Source: an uncultured bacterium
GTDB lineage: Bacteria > Verrucomicrobiota > Verrucomicrobiia > Verrucomicrobiales > DEV007
DNA: 64,000 nucleotides
Reading direction: 5' to 3'
NCBI GenBank assembly: GCA_963977015.1
Contig: CAXBMO010000001.1
Span: 448,001-512,000 of the forward strand
In this document: piece by piece, positions 1 to 9,433 of the stretch
Layout: every line of letters begins with the position of its first letter
How positions within the stretch are numbered: the first letter of the stretch is position 1
Translations under genes and position numbers: made by a program
The notes under the pieces: model-generated
Told to the model about the DNA's origin: nothing
Databases searched by the model: none
Seen by the model: only the letters and a program-made list of their open reading frames with translations

Positions 1-121
1 AGAATTTGATGACGGCAACCCGGGTGCCAACGACGAAAGAGCGAAAGAGCGATCAATGTGGATTCCGAGTCGTTCTGGCAAAGGCGACTTCCATCATGGT
101 TCAGGATGACGAGTAGTCCGG

Positions 122-1249
122 TTAATCTGCGATTTTGCGGATGACCCGGATTTTGTGGGCTTCGCTGTCGCCAACATAGATGTCTCCGTTCTTTGGATCG
201 ACAAACACTCCGTGGGGGCGAGCCATCTCACACTTCAGCGGATCTCCATCTGCTCCATCGCCGCGCTTACCGGTTCCTGCGACCAAGCGCAGAACTGGTG
301 GAGTCGAGCCGAGGTCAATCATGCGAATGGAGTGGCTCTCCGTGTCGGCTAGATAGATATTTCCCTGGGGGCCAACACTGATACCTTTTGGGCCCGAAAG
401 GGTTGCGTCTTTTGCCGGACCACCGTGGCCGGTGAATCCCTTTTTTCCGGTTCCTGCAACGTGGTGAATTTTGCCGGCCCGCATGTCGAAGCGAACCACC
501 TTGTTGCCTTCCCGCAGGGCGAGCCACAAATTTCCATCCGAATCAAAGTCAAGAGCTCGAGGGCCATTCAGTGCCGTTGATGGATCCTCGATCGCGTCTC
601 CGTCAGCGGGGCCGTTCCGATTCCCGTTTCCTGAGAACGTGCTGACTTTTTGACTAACCAGATCAATAACTCTGACCCGATGGTTCTGAATGTCGCAGAC
701 GAAGAGTTGCTTGAAATCCGGGCCGAACTGGATGCTGTGTGGGCGATTAAACGTTGCTTGATCTCCGGGCGTCGGATCATCGCTGTTGAAACCGGCTTTT
801 CCGGTTCCCGCGAGAGTTGAAATGATCCCGCTTTCTGAATCCACCTGTCGAACGAGGTTATTCTTCATTTCGACAAAGAAGAGATCCCCTCGGTCATTGA
901 AGCGCAGCTCGTAAGGTTCGAACAGTTTTGCGTCAAGCGCGGTCGCCCCGTCTCCCCAATAACCACTTTGTCCACCGGTTCCGGCAACTGTCGAAATGGT
1001 TCCCGTTTGGCGATCGATTTTTCGAATCGCGTGGTTTCCGGTGTCGCAGAAGTAGACATTGTCATCCGGCCCAACGATGACGCCAAAGGGGTTGTTGATC
1101 TGAGCTTCAGTCGCGGAGCCACCATCACCGGAAAATCCAGCCTTCCCCGTTCCGGCGATCGTAATGATCTCGTACTGATCGGCGATTAAGAGGGTGGGGA
1201 TCAGGCAAAGCGCAAGAATCCAGGTTGCTGAATATTGGGCGGGTTTCAT
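122..1249 (-). CDS. Secreted NHL-repeat beta-propeller protein
   Basis: Repeated TIAGTGKAGFSGDGG / NxPxG...D motifs; signal peptide after ATG at 1249 (MKPAQYSATWILALCLIPTLLIA). The upstream ORF extension overlaps another gene. Confidence 0.9.
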   Translation of the reverse strand: MKPAQYSATWILALCLIPTLLIADQYEIITIAGTGKAGFSGDGGSATEAQINNPFGVIVGPDDNVYFCDTGNHAIRKIDRQTGTISTVAGTGGQSGYWGDGATALDAKLFEPYELRFNDRGDLFFVEMKNNLVRQVDSESGIISTLAGTGKAGFNSDDPTPGDQATFNRPHSIQFGPDFKQLFVCDIQNHRVRVIDLVSQKVSTFSGNGNRNGPADGDAIEDPSTALNGPRALDFDSDGNLWLALREGNKVVRFDMRAGKIHHVAGTGKKGFTGHGGPAKDATLSGPKGISVGPQGNIYLADTESHSIRMIDLGSTPPVLRLVAGTGKRGDGADGDPLKCEMARPHGVFVDPKNGDIYVGDSEAHKIRVIRKIAD

Positions 1250-1268
1250 AAGGGGAATTTTTGGGGAA

Positions 1269-1619
1269 TCAAAGCTGGTTTTCACTGGGCTTCTCGCAAG
1301 CTCGGCAGCCAAACGTGGGCTCCTCGCCGAATTTGCGCCTTCGATTGTAGCGATCAAAGGAGGCCGGAGTTGCCGCGAGAGTTTGAGGAGTGGGCGGGCT
1401 GGGAATCGTGGAATTGGTTTCGTTCGCTGTAGTCGACTTGGTGGCCTGAGAAGCTTTAAGGTCGATGTTTTCGCGCTCCAGTTCATCAATTTGCCCTTTC
1501 CATGGACCCCATTGGCCGTGAGCCTGCCAAATGCCGAGGCAGCAGAACACAAATGCCCAAATCCAGAGCAATGGTGAATTCTGAATGAGAAAGAAGAAAT
1601 TGGAAGCGAACGCAATCAT
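1269..1619 (-). CDS. Small single-TM protein with coiled-coil and low-complexity tail
   Basis: Hydrophobic segment LLWIWAFVFCCLGIW followed by DELERENIDLK; fills the operon gap; aligns without gaps to the next small ORF. Confidence 0.65.
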   Translation of the reverse strand: MIAFASNFFFLIQNSPLLWIWAFVFCCLGIWQAHGQWGPWKGQIDELERENIDLKASQATKSTTANETNSTIPSPPTPQTLAATPASFDRYNRRRKFGEEPTFGCRACEKPSENQL

Positions 1620-1636
1620 CAATGAAAAGGGCCAGA

Positions 1637-1822
1637 CTAATTGAGCGTTGCCTGCCGAAGTTCCTCATTCTCCTTCGCCAATTTTAAGCCGCGATCCGCA
1701 TAACGTTTCCACATGAGCTTACCAATTGTCCGTCCGAGAAAATAGAAGAGGAGACAGACGACGACAACTACGATGCCGTATTGAATCCAAAAAGGGAGTG
1801 AGGGATCGACTTCAGGCTTCAT
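1637..1822 (-). CDS. Small single-TM protein (61 aa) with coiled-coil
   Basis: TM segment YGIVVVVVCLLFYFLG then KLAKENEELR; start overlaps the stop of the 1320-aa gene (ATGA at 1819-1822). Confidence 0.75.
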   Translation of the reverse strand: MKPEVDPSLPFWIQYGIVVVVVCLLFYFLGRTIGKLMWKRYADRGLKLAKENEELRQATLN

Positions 1823-4800
1823 TTCTTTTTCGCGACAGTGATTTCGACTCGTCTACCTTCGTGATTGCCTTCGCCATCTCCCGCTCCCACCGCTTCCAGA
1901 CTGTGGGCATCGAGTCCCAGATCGATGAGAATGTCCCGAACTTCATAGGCGCGCAATTCGCTGACGCTGGTATTTGATTGAGGATCATCCGAAGAATTGG
2001 CGAATCCCTTGATGAGGATGCGATGGGCTTCCTTGTCTTCGAGAGCTCGCGTTGCCACGCTTTCAATCTGGACCTTTGCTTCCGGGCTCACCCAGGTGCT
2101 GCCGCTGCGAAATGGGATCGATTCTGAAAATGCAATCGTGACGTCTTCTTCAACACGCAGGTGATCCCGAACTTCAAAACCATCGGGCAAGGTGGCGGTG
2201 AGCGTTGCCAACAGGACTTCCTTCGTTGTCGAATTCCTGGTTTTTCCGAATAGCAGCACGGTCTTGCCTGTGACCTCGAGTCTGGCTTCGGACGCCTTTT
2301 GGGTGAAGACCGGGAGGAATTTCCCAATCGCGGGTGGCCATTTGATTTTCGGCAGGTTCTCAAGAATGAGCAAGTTGTCCTTTGCTTTCCCGGACTGATG
2401 AGCGCCCTTGAGAATCGCGTCCCGCGACCATGTGTCTGGCAACGCGCCTGAAAGTTGAACCACATTATCTGCGAGGATCACCACCAAGGCTGCGGAAGCG
2501 ATACCGTCGGTTGTGGTGGTCGCCATCGGTTTGACGACGATGGGCTTTGCCACAATTGGCTTTGGCATTTGCAGCTCAGATTCTTCCATGTCAGGATTCG
2601 GAGTCATGGGGACAGTGGATGCTGACGCTTGCACCTTGATTTGATCGATGAGTTTTGCGTCCTTCGGAAGTAAGGCCTTGGCCTGATTCAGAAAATCAGC
2701 CTTAATCTGTTCGCTGGGAACTTCACGGCGGAGGATGAGCATGTTAGGAGTCAGCTCGACATTGGCGGCTTCCGTTTCCTCGAAGAAGCTGGCGATAAAG
2801 GGCGCTGCGTTCTTTTCCCATCCGGCGACCTCCAATTCCGTGTCCACAGCAATCTCGCTTGTGACTTCAAAATCGCCCAATGTTGCGACAGCGGATTCGA
2901 TTGCATTGCTGATATCCTCGCTTGGAACAAGCCCCTCAAGTTGAATGGTGCCTTCTGCGAGCAGAATCTTGAGTTTGGCGATTTTCGGAATCACGACCGT
3001 GATTTCGTCTCCAAGTTTTCCATCCTTTGGAAGAATGGATTTGGCGTTGGCCAGAATGATTTCTTTGTCTTCAGGAGACGATACCTCCCGCCGGATCGTT
3101 ATTCCCTCCTCATCAATCGTCAGTTCCGCGTCCTTGGTTTTTTGAAATGCCGCAACGATCAAGCCTTCGAGTTCGTCCACCCAGGCCGGAGGTATGATTC
3201 GACTGCTGGTTCGGAGTGAAATATCGATGTTCTCCGGTTTGATGTCGAGCTTGGAGGCGGTGTTGGCGATCTTCGTTTTGATCGAATCATCAGGAATCCA
3301 TCCCTTGAAGCGGATGCTGTCCCCGTCCCGTAGCACCTGCAGGCTAGCTGGCTTGTCTGGTGGAAGGACAATTTGGTTGGTGAGTCCAGCGCCTTCGGGA
3401 AGCATGAGATTGGCGCGAGCCAACAATTGGCCCCGGATGGTGTTGTCAGGCACCTGGCGCTTCAGTCGCAACCCTTTGCCGTTGATTTCAAGCTCGGCGT
3501 TTTTCGCGTCCTTGAAAAAATCCGTAAGAAAGCCCGGCAAACTCTTTTCCCATCGGGGCGGAGCAACCTCCGAACTCACTTGAATGGTGCTGGAGACTTC
3601 ACCTCCCGCTGATTTCGCAGCAGCTTCCAGTTTCGCCTTGAGTGACTCCGTGGGGACGGTTCCCACGAGTCGGAATTTCCCGTCCTGCAAGACTGCGGTG
3701 AGGATCGATGGCTGGTCAGGCGCCAACTTCATCTTGTCGATCAACTTCCCCGTTTTTGACAAGAAAGAAGATCCTTCGAGCGCAAATTGACCTTTTTGTT
3801 CCGAGCTCAGACCTTCTCGAACCAATTCGAGATTCCCATTCTGGAGATTCAGGCCGGCTTGCTGGGTGTCTTCGAAAAACGAGGTCAGAAAACCTGGGAC
3901 CTGGGCCATCCAAGGCGGTGAAACGATCATGGGGTCGACTCCCATATCTGCGGTAAGGACGGGAAGAGGTTCGATTTCTGAAACCGCCTTCAAGAGCATT
4001 TCCTTGGTCGTTTGGTCATGAACCTGGCCCTTGAAGATGAGCTTGCCATTCGTGAGCGTTGCCTGAAGCGATACCGGTTGGTCGGGTTGAATCGTGAGCT
4101 GATTTTTAATTTTGGCGGTTGGCCAAAACTGGTTTGCGGCGGAGAGAAGGGTTGCGTTTCCGGTCTTGCCAATGACCGAGCGTTTCAGGCGCAGATCATC
4201 AGGGCTCAATTCAATTTCCGCAGAGTCGACATTCGCGATCGCGGTTGCCAGGAAGCCGGGGACTGAATTCGACCAGGGCGGAGAAATAACGCGATTGTTG
4301 ACCTGCAGATCATTCGCGAGCACTTCGTCGATAGTGGACTCGCTCACCAGCCCAAGCAGTTGTTCTTTCAGCCCGGGATCATCGATTTGGCCTGAAATCG
4401 TCAACTTTCGATTCTCCAACTTCACCAGAAGCTGAGCCGGGCGATCAGGCTGCAAGGTAATTTGGTTGTCGAGCTTCAGGGTTGGAAAGCGGGCTTTGGC
4501 GGCCGATACGAGAGCATCTCTGGCCGCTTCGCCCTTGATTTCCCGGCTGAGAAGCAGGTTACCTTCGCGAATGCTGATCGCACCGGACTTGGCGCCTTCA
4601 AAAAACTTTTCGATAAAGGGGAACGCATCATCATTCCAGGCTTGTGGAATCACTCGTGCATTCCGTTCCACCTCATTCTGAAGTCGGGGACTGCTTTCGA
4701 TCACCAGTTCATCTGATTTCGGCAATGGCAGCTGGCCCTCAATGGTCAGGACGCCTTCGGCGAGCGTGGCAAAGATCATCGCCGGCCGATCCGGGACAAA

Positions 4801-5781
4801 CGCAACCTGGTCAACGATGTCGGAGGTCACCTGTTTGGCGCTGAGAAGCAGATGCTCCTTGGCGTCATCGCCTTTGATTTTGCCGATCAGCGTGAGTTTT
4901 GCGTCGGCCAATTCAAAGCTTGAAACTCCTGAACTCGTGAAAACCGGCAAGAACGCGGCTAGCTTCGAATTCCACGTCGGAGTGATGACCCGATTGCTGA
5001 TATTCAGATTCTCAAAATCAGGGGCGTATCCAGTCTTCTCAAATTGTTGGGCAATTTCATTTTTCAGAGATTCGTTGGGTAGCCATCCGCCAACCTTTGC
5101 CGTGTTTCCGTCAAGGGAAACCATCAGCTGGGCCGGAAGATCAGGAAGAACCTCGAGGTTCTCGGTAAAAATGGCTCCGGGCTGCAGCAGTCTGGCTTGT
5201 TGGATGAATGCCGTTTTGGCGGCTTCTCCGCGAATCCCGCCTTCGGCGACTACTCCCGCAGCTGTGATTTCGAGAAAAAGGCTCGATGCGTTTTCCAAAA
5301 GACTGGGAAGGCTGACGACGAGTTCCTCCTGCCAATCGGCAAATTTGACCCGATCACTGACAAAAAGGTCCGATGAAAAGTGGCCAACGCTACTTGCCGC
5401 CTCAACCAGTGCGTTACGAATCTCTTCGGAAGGAAGCCTGCCTCTTAAGGAGACTTCGCCCTTCTCAAAGTTTACCAACAGCGTTGATTCTTGGTCGCGT
5501 TTGAGAACTTGGATCTCGTTGACGATCCGGCCTGCCAACCGATTTCGGCGCGCGGTCTTCTCTGCATCGGCCTTTGCCTCTTCACTCGGCGCCGTTCCGC
5601 TCAAGGTTCCCTTCAGATAATCAAACTGAACCTCAACATGGCCGAACCGTTCATCCTCGGTCAAGGCAATGGCAACGGACCTCGAAAGCCGTGTTTCCAT
5701 TTGATCGAGGTGCGGACGGCTCGAAACCAACGTCGTGGCAACGGCCGCAATGAGCGCCAAGATTACGATGAGGATTCTCAT
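1819..5781 (-). CDS. Giant multi-BON-like repeat protein with C-terminal OmpA-like domain (ArfA/Rv0899-like architecture, expanded)
   Basis: N-terminal hydrophobic anchor; BON-like (TLSGTAPSEEAKADAEKTA...IVNEIQV); about 9 repeats of ~120 aa; C-terminal IPFRSGS...IKGFAN...SELRAYEV...GRRVEI OmpA_C pattern. Confidence 0.85.
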   Translation of the reverse strand: MRILIVILALIAAVATTLVSSRPHLDQMETRLSRSVAIALTEDERFGHVEVQFDYLKGTLSGTAPSEEAKADAEKTARRNRLAGRIVNEIQVLKRDQESTLLVNFEKGEVSLRGRLPSEEIRNALVEAASSVGHFSSDLFVSDRVKFADWQEELVVSLPSLLENASSLFLEITAAGVVAEGGIRGEAAKTAFIQQARLLQPGAIFTENLEVLPDLPAQLMVSLDGNTAKVGGWLPNESLKNEIAQQFEKTGYAPDFENLNISNRVITPTWNSKLAAFLPVFTSSGVSSFELADAKLTLIGKIKGDDAKEHLLLSAKQVTSDIVDQVAFVPDRPAMIFATLAEGVLTIEGQLPLPKSDELVIESSPRLQNEVERNARVIPQAWNDDAFPFIEKFFEGAKSGAISIREGNLLLSREIKGEAARDALVSAAKARFPTLKLDNQITLQPDRPAQLLVKLENRKLTISGQIDDPGLKEQLLGLVSESTIDEVLANDLQVNNRVISPPWSNSVPGFLATAIANVDSAEIELSPDDLRLKRSVIGKTGNATLLSAANQFWPTAKIKNQLTIQPDQPVSLQATLTNGKLIFKGQVHDQTTKEMLLKAVSEIEPLPVLTADMGVDPMIVSPPWMAQVPGFLTSFFEDTQQAGLNLQNGNLELVREGLSSEQKGQFALEGSSFLSKTGKLIDKMKLAPDQPSILTAVLQDGKFRLVGTVPTESLKAKLEAAAKSAGGEVSSTIQVSSEVAPPRWEKSLPGFLTDFFKDAKNAELEINGKGLRLKRQVPDNTIRGQLLARANLMLPEGAGLTNQIVLPPDKPASLQVLRDGDSIRFKGWIPDDSIKTKIANTASKLDIKPENIDISLRTSSRIIPPAWVDELEGLIVAAFQKTKDAELTIDEEGITIRREVSSPEDKEIILANAKSILPKDGKLGDEITVVIPKIAKLKILLAEGTIQLEGLVPSEDISNAIESAVATLGDFEVTSEIAVDTELEVAGWEKNAAPFIASFFEETEAANVELTPNMLILRREVPSEQIKADFLNQAKALLPKDAKLIDQIKVQASASTVPMTPNPDMEESELQMPKPIVAKPIVVKPMATTTTDGIASAALVVILADNVVQLSGALPDTWSRDAILKGAHQSGKAKDNLLILENLPKIKWPPAIGKFLPVFTQKASEARLEVTGKTVLLFGKTRNSTTKEVLLATLTATLPDGFEVRDHLRVEEDVTIAFSESIPFRSGSTWVSPEAKVQIESVATRALEDKEAHRILIKGFANSSDDPQSNTSVSELRAYEVRDILIDLGLDAHSLEAVGAGDGEGNHEGRRVEITVAKKK
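2140..5490 (-). repeat. About 9 diverged ~120-aa protein repeats (paired BON-like units)
   Basis: A recurring central Trp motif (FADW, TPTW, PQAW, SPPW, SPPW, PPRW, PPAW, VAGW, KIKW) and PDxPA/PS linkers; boundaries approximate. Confidence 0.8.
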
Positions 5782-5875
5782 GTTTGTTCGTGAATCGGCC
5801 GGGTGGTTGCTGTAAAGCAGGCCTTGAGACTATCACGTTCGATGGGCTTTGCCATCAACCTAAAAAATAGCCATA

Positions 5876-6667
5876 ATGACCAGAATTTCCCTGTTTTCGG
5901 ATCTTCATCTGGCCTCGAATCCTGAACAACGGGCACACGGCCAATGGCCGATCGGGAATCTGCACTCGGCAGTTGCGGCCGCCAAGGCATTTTCGCCCGA
6001 TCGAATGGTGATTGCAGGGGATTGTGCCTACAAAATGGGACTCCCTGAAAACTACGAGGGATTGGCGACGCTTTTGGACGATTTTCGGTCTTCCGGAGTC
6101 CAGGCGACGTGTTTGCCCGGAAACCATGATCATCGAGAAAATCTCCGCCAGGTTTTGGGGGACCCGAAGACGATGGTTGCCGGGTTGCTGACGGCAAAGG
6201 TGGAGGTTGAGCAATCAATTTGGCTTTTTCTTGATACGCAGCTGGGACTCCATGAAGTCAGGGGAGGTGTCGGTAAAAGGCAGCGTGCGTGGATTGAGCG
6301 GGAGCTGGATTTGGCTCCAGAAAAGCCCTTTATTGTTGTTGGCCACCATCATCCGGAAAATTCAGTTCGTTGCGATACCTTTCCCGGGATTGGTTTGCGG
6401 GACACCGGTCACTGGCTTCGGTTTCTCGATGCTCATTCGCAAATTAAGGCTTACGTTTTTGGGCATACTCACAGCTGGTTCCATGAGCAAACCTCAGGAG
6501 GGACTTGGCTTGTCAACTTACCCGCGGTGGGGTTTACGTTTCAGGAAGACCGGGCTTGTGGTTGGGCTCAGGCCGTTCAAAGCCCAACGGAACTCAACCT
6601 TGAATTCAGGAGCCTTGACGAAAAACACCCGGAGCACGGGGACAGGATTCGGATTGATCTCGATTAG
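5876..6667 (+). CDS. Calcineurin-like metallophosphoesterase (Icc/CpdA-like)
   Basis: SDLH, AGD, GNHD, GHHH and GHTH motifs. Confidence 0.88.
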   Translation: MTRISLFSDLHLASNPEQRAHGQWPIGNLHSAVAAAKAFSPDRMVIAGDCAYKMGLPENYEGLATLLDDFRSSGVQATCLPGNHDHRENLRQVLGDPKTMVAGLLTAKVEVEQSIWLFLDTQLGLHEVRGGVGKRQRAWIERELDLAPEKPFIVVGHHHPENSVRCDTFPGIGLRDTGHWLRFLDAHSQIKAYVFGHTHSWFHEQTSGGTWLVNLPAVGFTFQEDRACGWAQAVQSPTELNLEFRSLDEKHPEHGDRIRIDLD

Positions 6668-8319
6668 TAGCGATCCGGAGACGAAAAATCGATCTCGACG
6701 ATATTGTCGGAGAACGGTAACGCGATGGGATCCTCCTCATCTTCCTCCGCAGTGCGAAACTCGATAGCCCGGCATTCTTTCGCCACGGTTTCAACGATGA
6801 GCCCAAGAGTGTCGACGTCGAAGGGTTTGGAAAGATGATCGATGAATCCATAGTCCTGGTAGTTGGTCATCAAGTCATCCGTCGTATTGCCACTGATGAC
6901 GACGCAGGCGGCATCGGGGTCGATTTCCAAGAGCTTTCGGCAGGTCTCTCCCCCGCCCATTCCGCCTGGAATGTAAACGTCGAGAAAGGCTACATCAAAA
7001 CGATCACCATTCTCCATCGCATCGATGTAGGCTTCAATAGCCTCTTCTCCATCGGCACACGTCGTGACTCGGTGCCCCAATCCTTCCAGGCTGCGCTGAA
7101 GCACCAATCGAACCAGCTGTTGATCGTCGACGACCAAGACTTTCGCACCTTTCGTATCAAGAACACCACTTGTGACCGGGGTGAATGTTTCTTGTGGAAG
7201 GTCGACCGAAGCAGGCAAATGCATCTCGATTTTCAGTTTGTCCGCCTCAGCATCTGCAATGAGAATGCCGTGATTGCGTTTGATAACGCTTCGTGAAATG
7301 GCGAGGGAAAGGCCGGACGAAAACTGTGACGCTTGGGAGTAGGGCTCAAAGAACCGTTCTACCTCCCGGTTGGTGAGTTGCAGCGGAATCTCCATCGAAA
7401 AAGCGATGTAGTTGCCGTAGATGATCTCTCCTCCGAAAGCGGATTCAGGAGATTCCACCAATCGGTTCTCCGCATGAAATTGGATCTCTCCGGAGTGGCC
7501 TGTTGCATCGGCGGCGAAGGTTACCAATTGATGAATAACCTGGCCCAACTGAGCCGGATCAATGAAGGCAGCTTCCAGATCCTCGGCGAAATCGAACTCG
7601 CACTTGGTCCGGCTTCCACTGAGGGCAATCAGGCAGTTTTCGCGAACGACCTGCTGCAAATTGACCGCGCATGCCTCGGGTTGCTGGCTATTGGCGAATT
7701 CCAGTAGCTCTTTCGTCAGTTCCCTGGCACGAAGGCTTGCATTGTGGGCGGCTTCCAACAGGGCGGGTTGCAGTCGTCCTCTTCGGCCGCTTTCTTCCAT
7801 CGCGAGGTGAATGTTTCCAAGCACGCCGGTCAGGACATTGTTGAGATCATGAGCCAATCCCGAGGCGAATCGTTCCATCGATTCAAAGGCTGCGCTGCGT
7901 TGGCGAAAGACTTCGTTGTCCTCCTCCGGATTATTGGGCTGCGCGGTGAAAACCCGAAACACATGGCCATCGTCCTGCAGTTCCTGAATCTTGAGTTGAG
8001 GCGAGAAAAACGAGCCATTGCAGTGACGTGCTTCGACATTGATCAGCATGCACTCTGCGGAAAATGGCTGGCCGGTTTGGATGAACTCGAACTGTGGCGA
8101 AAAAAGCTCAGGGAGGTGAAGGCCATCCATTGCCGAATCGTCGTAGCCCCAGAGTCTGCAGGCGGCCTCGTTGGCAAAAGCGATCACATCGTCCTCATCA
8201 ACAGCAACCAAGGCTTCGCTTGAAACGTTGAGGAGCGAACGGAGGATTCGGGATGAGCGGTAGATATCCTTGCGGTGTTTTGTGCTGGAATCGACACGCT
8301 GATTGTTGCTGGATTTCAT
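6664..8319 (-). CDS. PAS-HisKA-(degenerate HATPase)-REC hybrid sensor protein
   Basis: PAS (FANEAACRLWGY), H-box AHDLNNVL, intact REC (VVDD, FLD, SKPF); ATP-binding boxes degenerate. Confidence 0.88.
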   Translation of the reverse strand: MKSSNNQRVDSSTKHRKDIYRSSRILRSLLNVSSEALVAVDEDDVIAFANEAACRLWGYDDSAMDGLHLPELFSPQFEFIQTGQPFSAECMLINVEARHCNGSFFSPQLKIQELQDDGHVFRVFTAQPNNPEEDNEVFRQRSAAFESMERFASGLAHDLNNVLTGVLGNIHLAMEESGRRGRLQPALLEAAHNASLRARELTKELLEFANSQQPEACAVNLQQVVRENCLIALSGSRTKCEFDFAEDLEAAFIDPAQLGQVIHQLVTFAADATGHSGEIQFHAENRLVESPESAFGGEIIYGNYIAFSMEIPLQLTNREVERFFEPYSQASQFSSGLSLAISRSVIKRNHGILIADAEADKLKIEMHLPASVDLPQETFTPVTSGVLDTKGAKVLVVDDQQLVRLVLQRSLEGLGHRVTTCADGEEAIEAYIDAMENGDRFDVAFLDVYIPGGMGGGETCRKLLEIDPDAACVVISGNTTDDLMTNYQDYGFIDHLSKPFDVDTLGLIVETVAKECRAIEFRTAEEDEEDPIALPFSDNIVEIDFSSPDRY

Positions 8320-8398
8320 GAAGGAGGGAAAGGAATCAAGGCAGGAGATTCCGAGCAGAGAATTCGTAGAGATGGGGAGGCGAGTGCCGTGAGGGAAC

Positions 8399-9226
8399 TT
8401 AGCGAGTGATAAATGCGTCGCTATAGCGGCCAGTTTGATACTGGATGTATTTCAGCCAGCGAACGGCGTCGCTTTGCTCAAAGAATACACCGCTGGTCAT
8501 CAGACGAAGGGGATAACTTCCGGGCTCGTCTGAATGAACGATCATGGTGTCGATGTTCATTTGGCGCAGTTCTTCGCGAACGGTGCGAGCCTTGGATGCG
8601 TCAGAAAAAGCTCCAAATTGCACCCTCAGAAGTGGGCGGTTTGCACTGGATCCATCTTCGGCGGGGGCCAGTTCTTGAGTTGTGGTGGCTGCTTCCTTTT
8701 GCTGTTCCTGCCACACTGCTGAACCGGGTTTCGCCGATTTGCTGGTTACGGGAACCAGTTTCTTCAGAATCGTGTTGGCCGATGTACGGGCTGCGGTCTT
8801 GCGGGCGCTTTCCGGGAGTGGAACGTGCTTGGCCTGGGATTGAAGTTGAGGGGTAGCCGCCAATGGGGCAACGCTCACTTCCGCGATGCGGAGGTTGAGA
8901 ATTCCAAGGCGCTCAGCTGCTGCATAGGAAACGTCGATCGCGTGTCCGGAATTGAATGGGTTGCGGTCGTTCACGCGAACGACAACGGAATCATTGGTTT
9001 TGAGGTGCGTGACGCGAACCATGGATCCGAACGGCAATTCCGGATGAGCCGCAGTGAACAGTCGTCCGTCATAAATCTCTCCCGAGGCCGTTGTCCCGTG
9101 ATGATCGGTGCGATAGTAGGACGCGCGTCCATAGATTTCGTCAGCGTTGGCAGGAGTGATGGTGAAGAAGGAGGAAGCAATGAGGAAGAGTCCCTGTAAA
9201 GCTGTGCGGATGGCGTTGTGTTTCAT
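8399..9226 (-). CDS. rlpA: RlpA-family lytic transglycosylase with SPOR domain
   Basis: GRASYY...TASGE...TAAHPELPFGS...VRVNDR...IDVSYAAA DPBB domain; C-terminal VQFGAFSD SPOR domain. Confidence 0.9.
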   Translation of the reverse strand: MKHNAIRTALQGLFLIASSFFTITPANADEIYGRASYYRTDHHGTTASGEIYDGRLFTAAHPELPFGSMVRVTHLKTNDSVVVRVNDRNPFNSGHAIDVSYAAAERLGILNLRIAEVSVAPLAATPQLQSQAKHVPLPESARKTAARTSANTILKKLVPVTSKSAKPGSAVWQEQQKEAATTTQELAPAEDGSSANRPLLRVQFGAFSDASKARTVREELRQMNIDTMIVHSDEPGSYPLRLMTSGVFFEQSDAVRWLKYIQYQTGRYSDAFITR

Positions 9227-9433
9227 GACCGAAGTAGAGTTAGGAGGGAAATATTGATATTATTGAAACCTAAAGTAAAACAAACCCAGCCATAAAAACA
9301 GTAAAAAATGATAATTTAGGCACTTTTGGCTCGAAAGCACTTTCAGTGCCTGTTCTCCTGTTTCACTCGAGGCTCCAAATTGGGATTGATTTCACAATTT
9401 GGAATTCGATTCTGCCGCGCCACGCTTCAATTC

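Noticed and set aside
1-121. Possible partial CDS at the window start
   Set aside because: Too short to assign strand or product.
9318-9416. NtrC-like box and sigma54 promoter upstream of amt
   Set aside because: GCAC-N5-GTGC and GG-N11-GC spacings do not fit the canonical N7 and N10.
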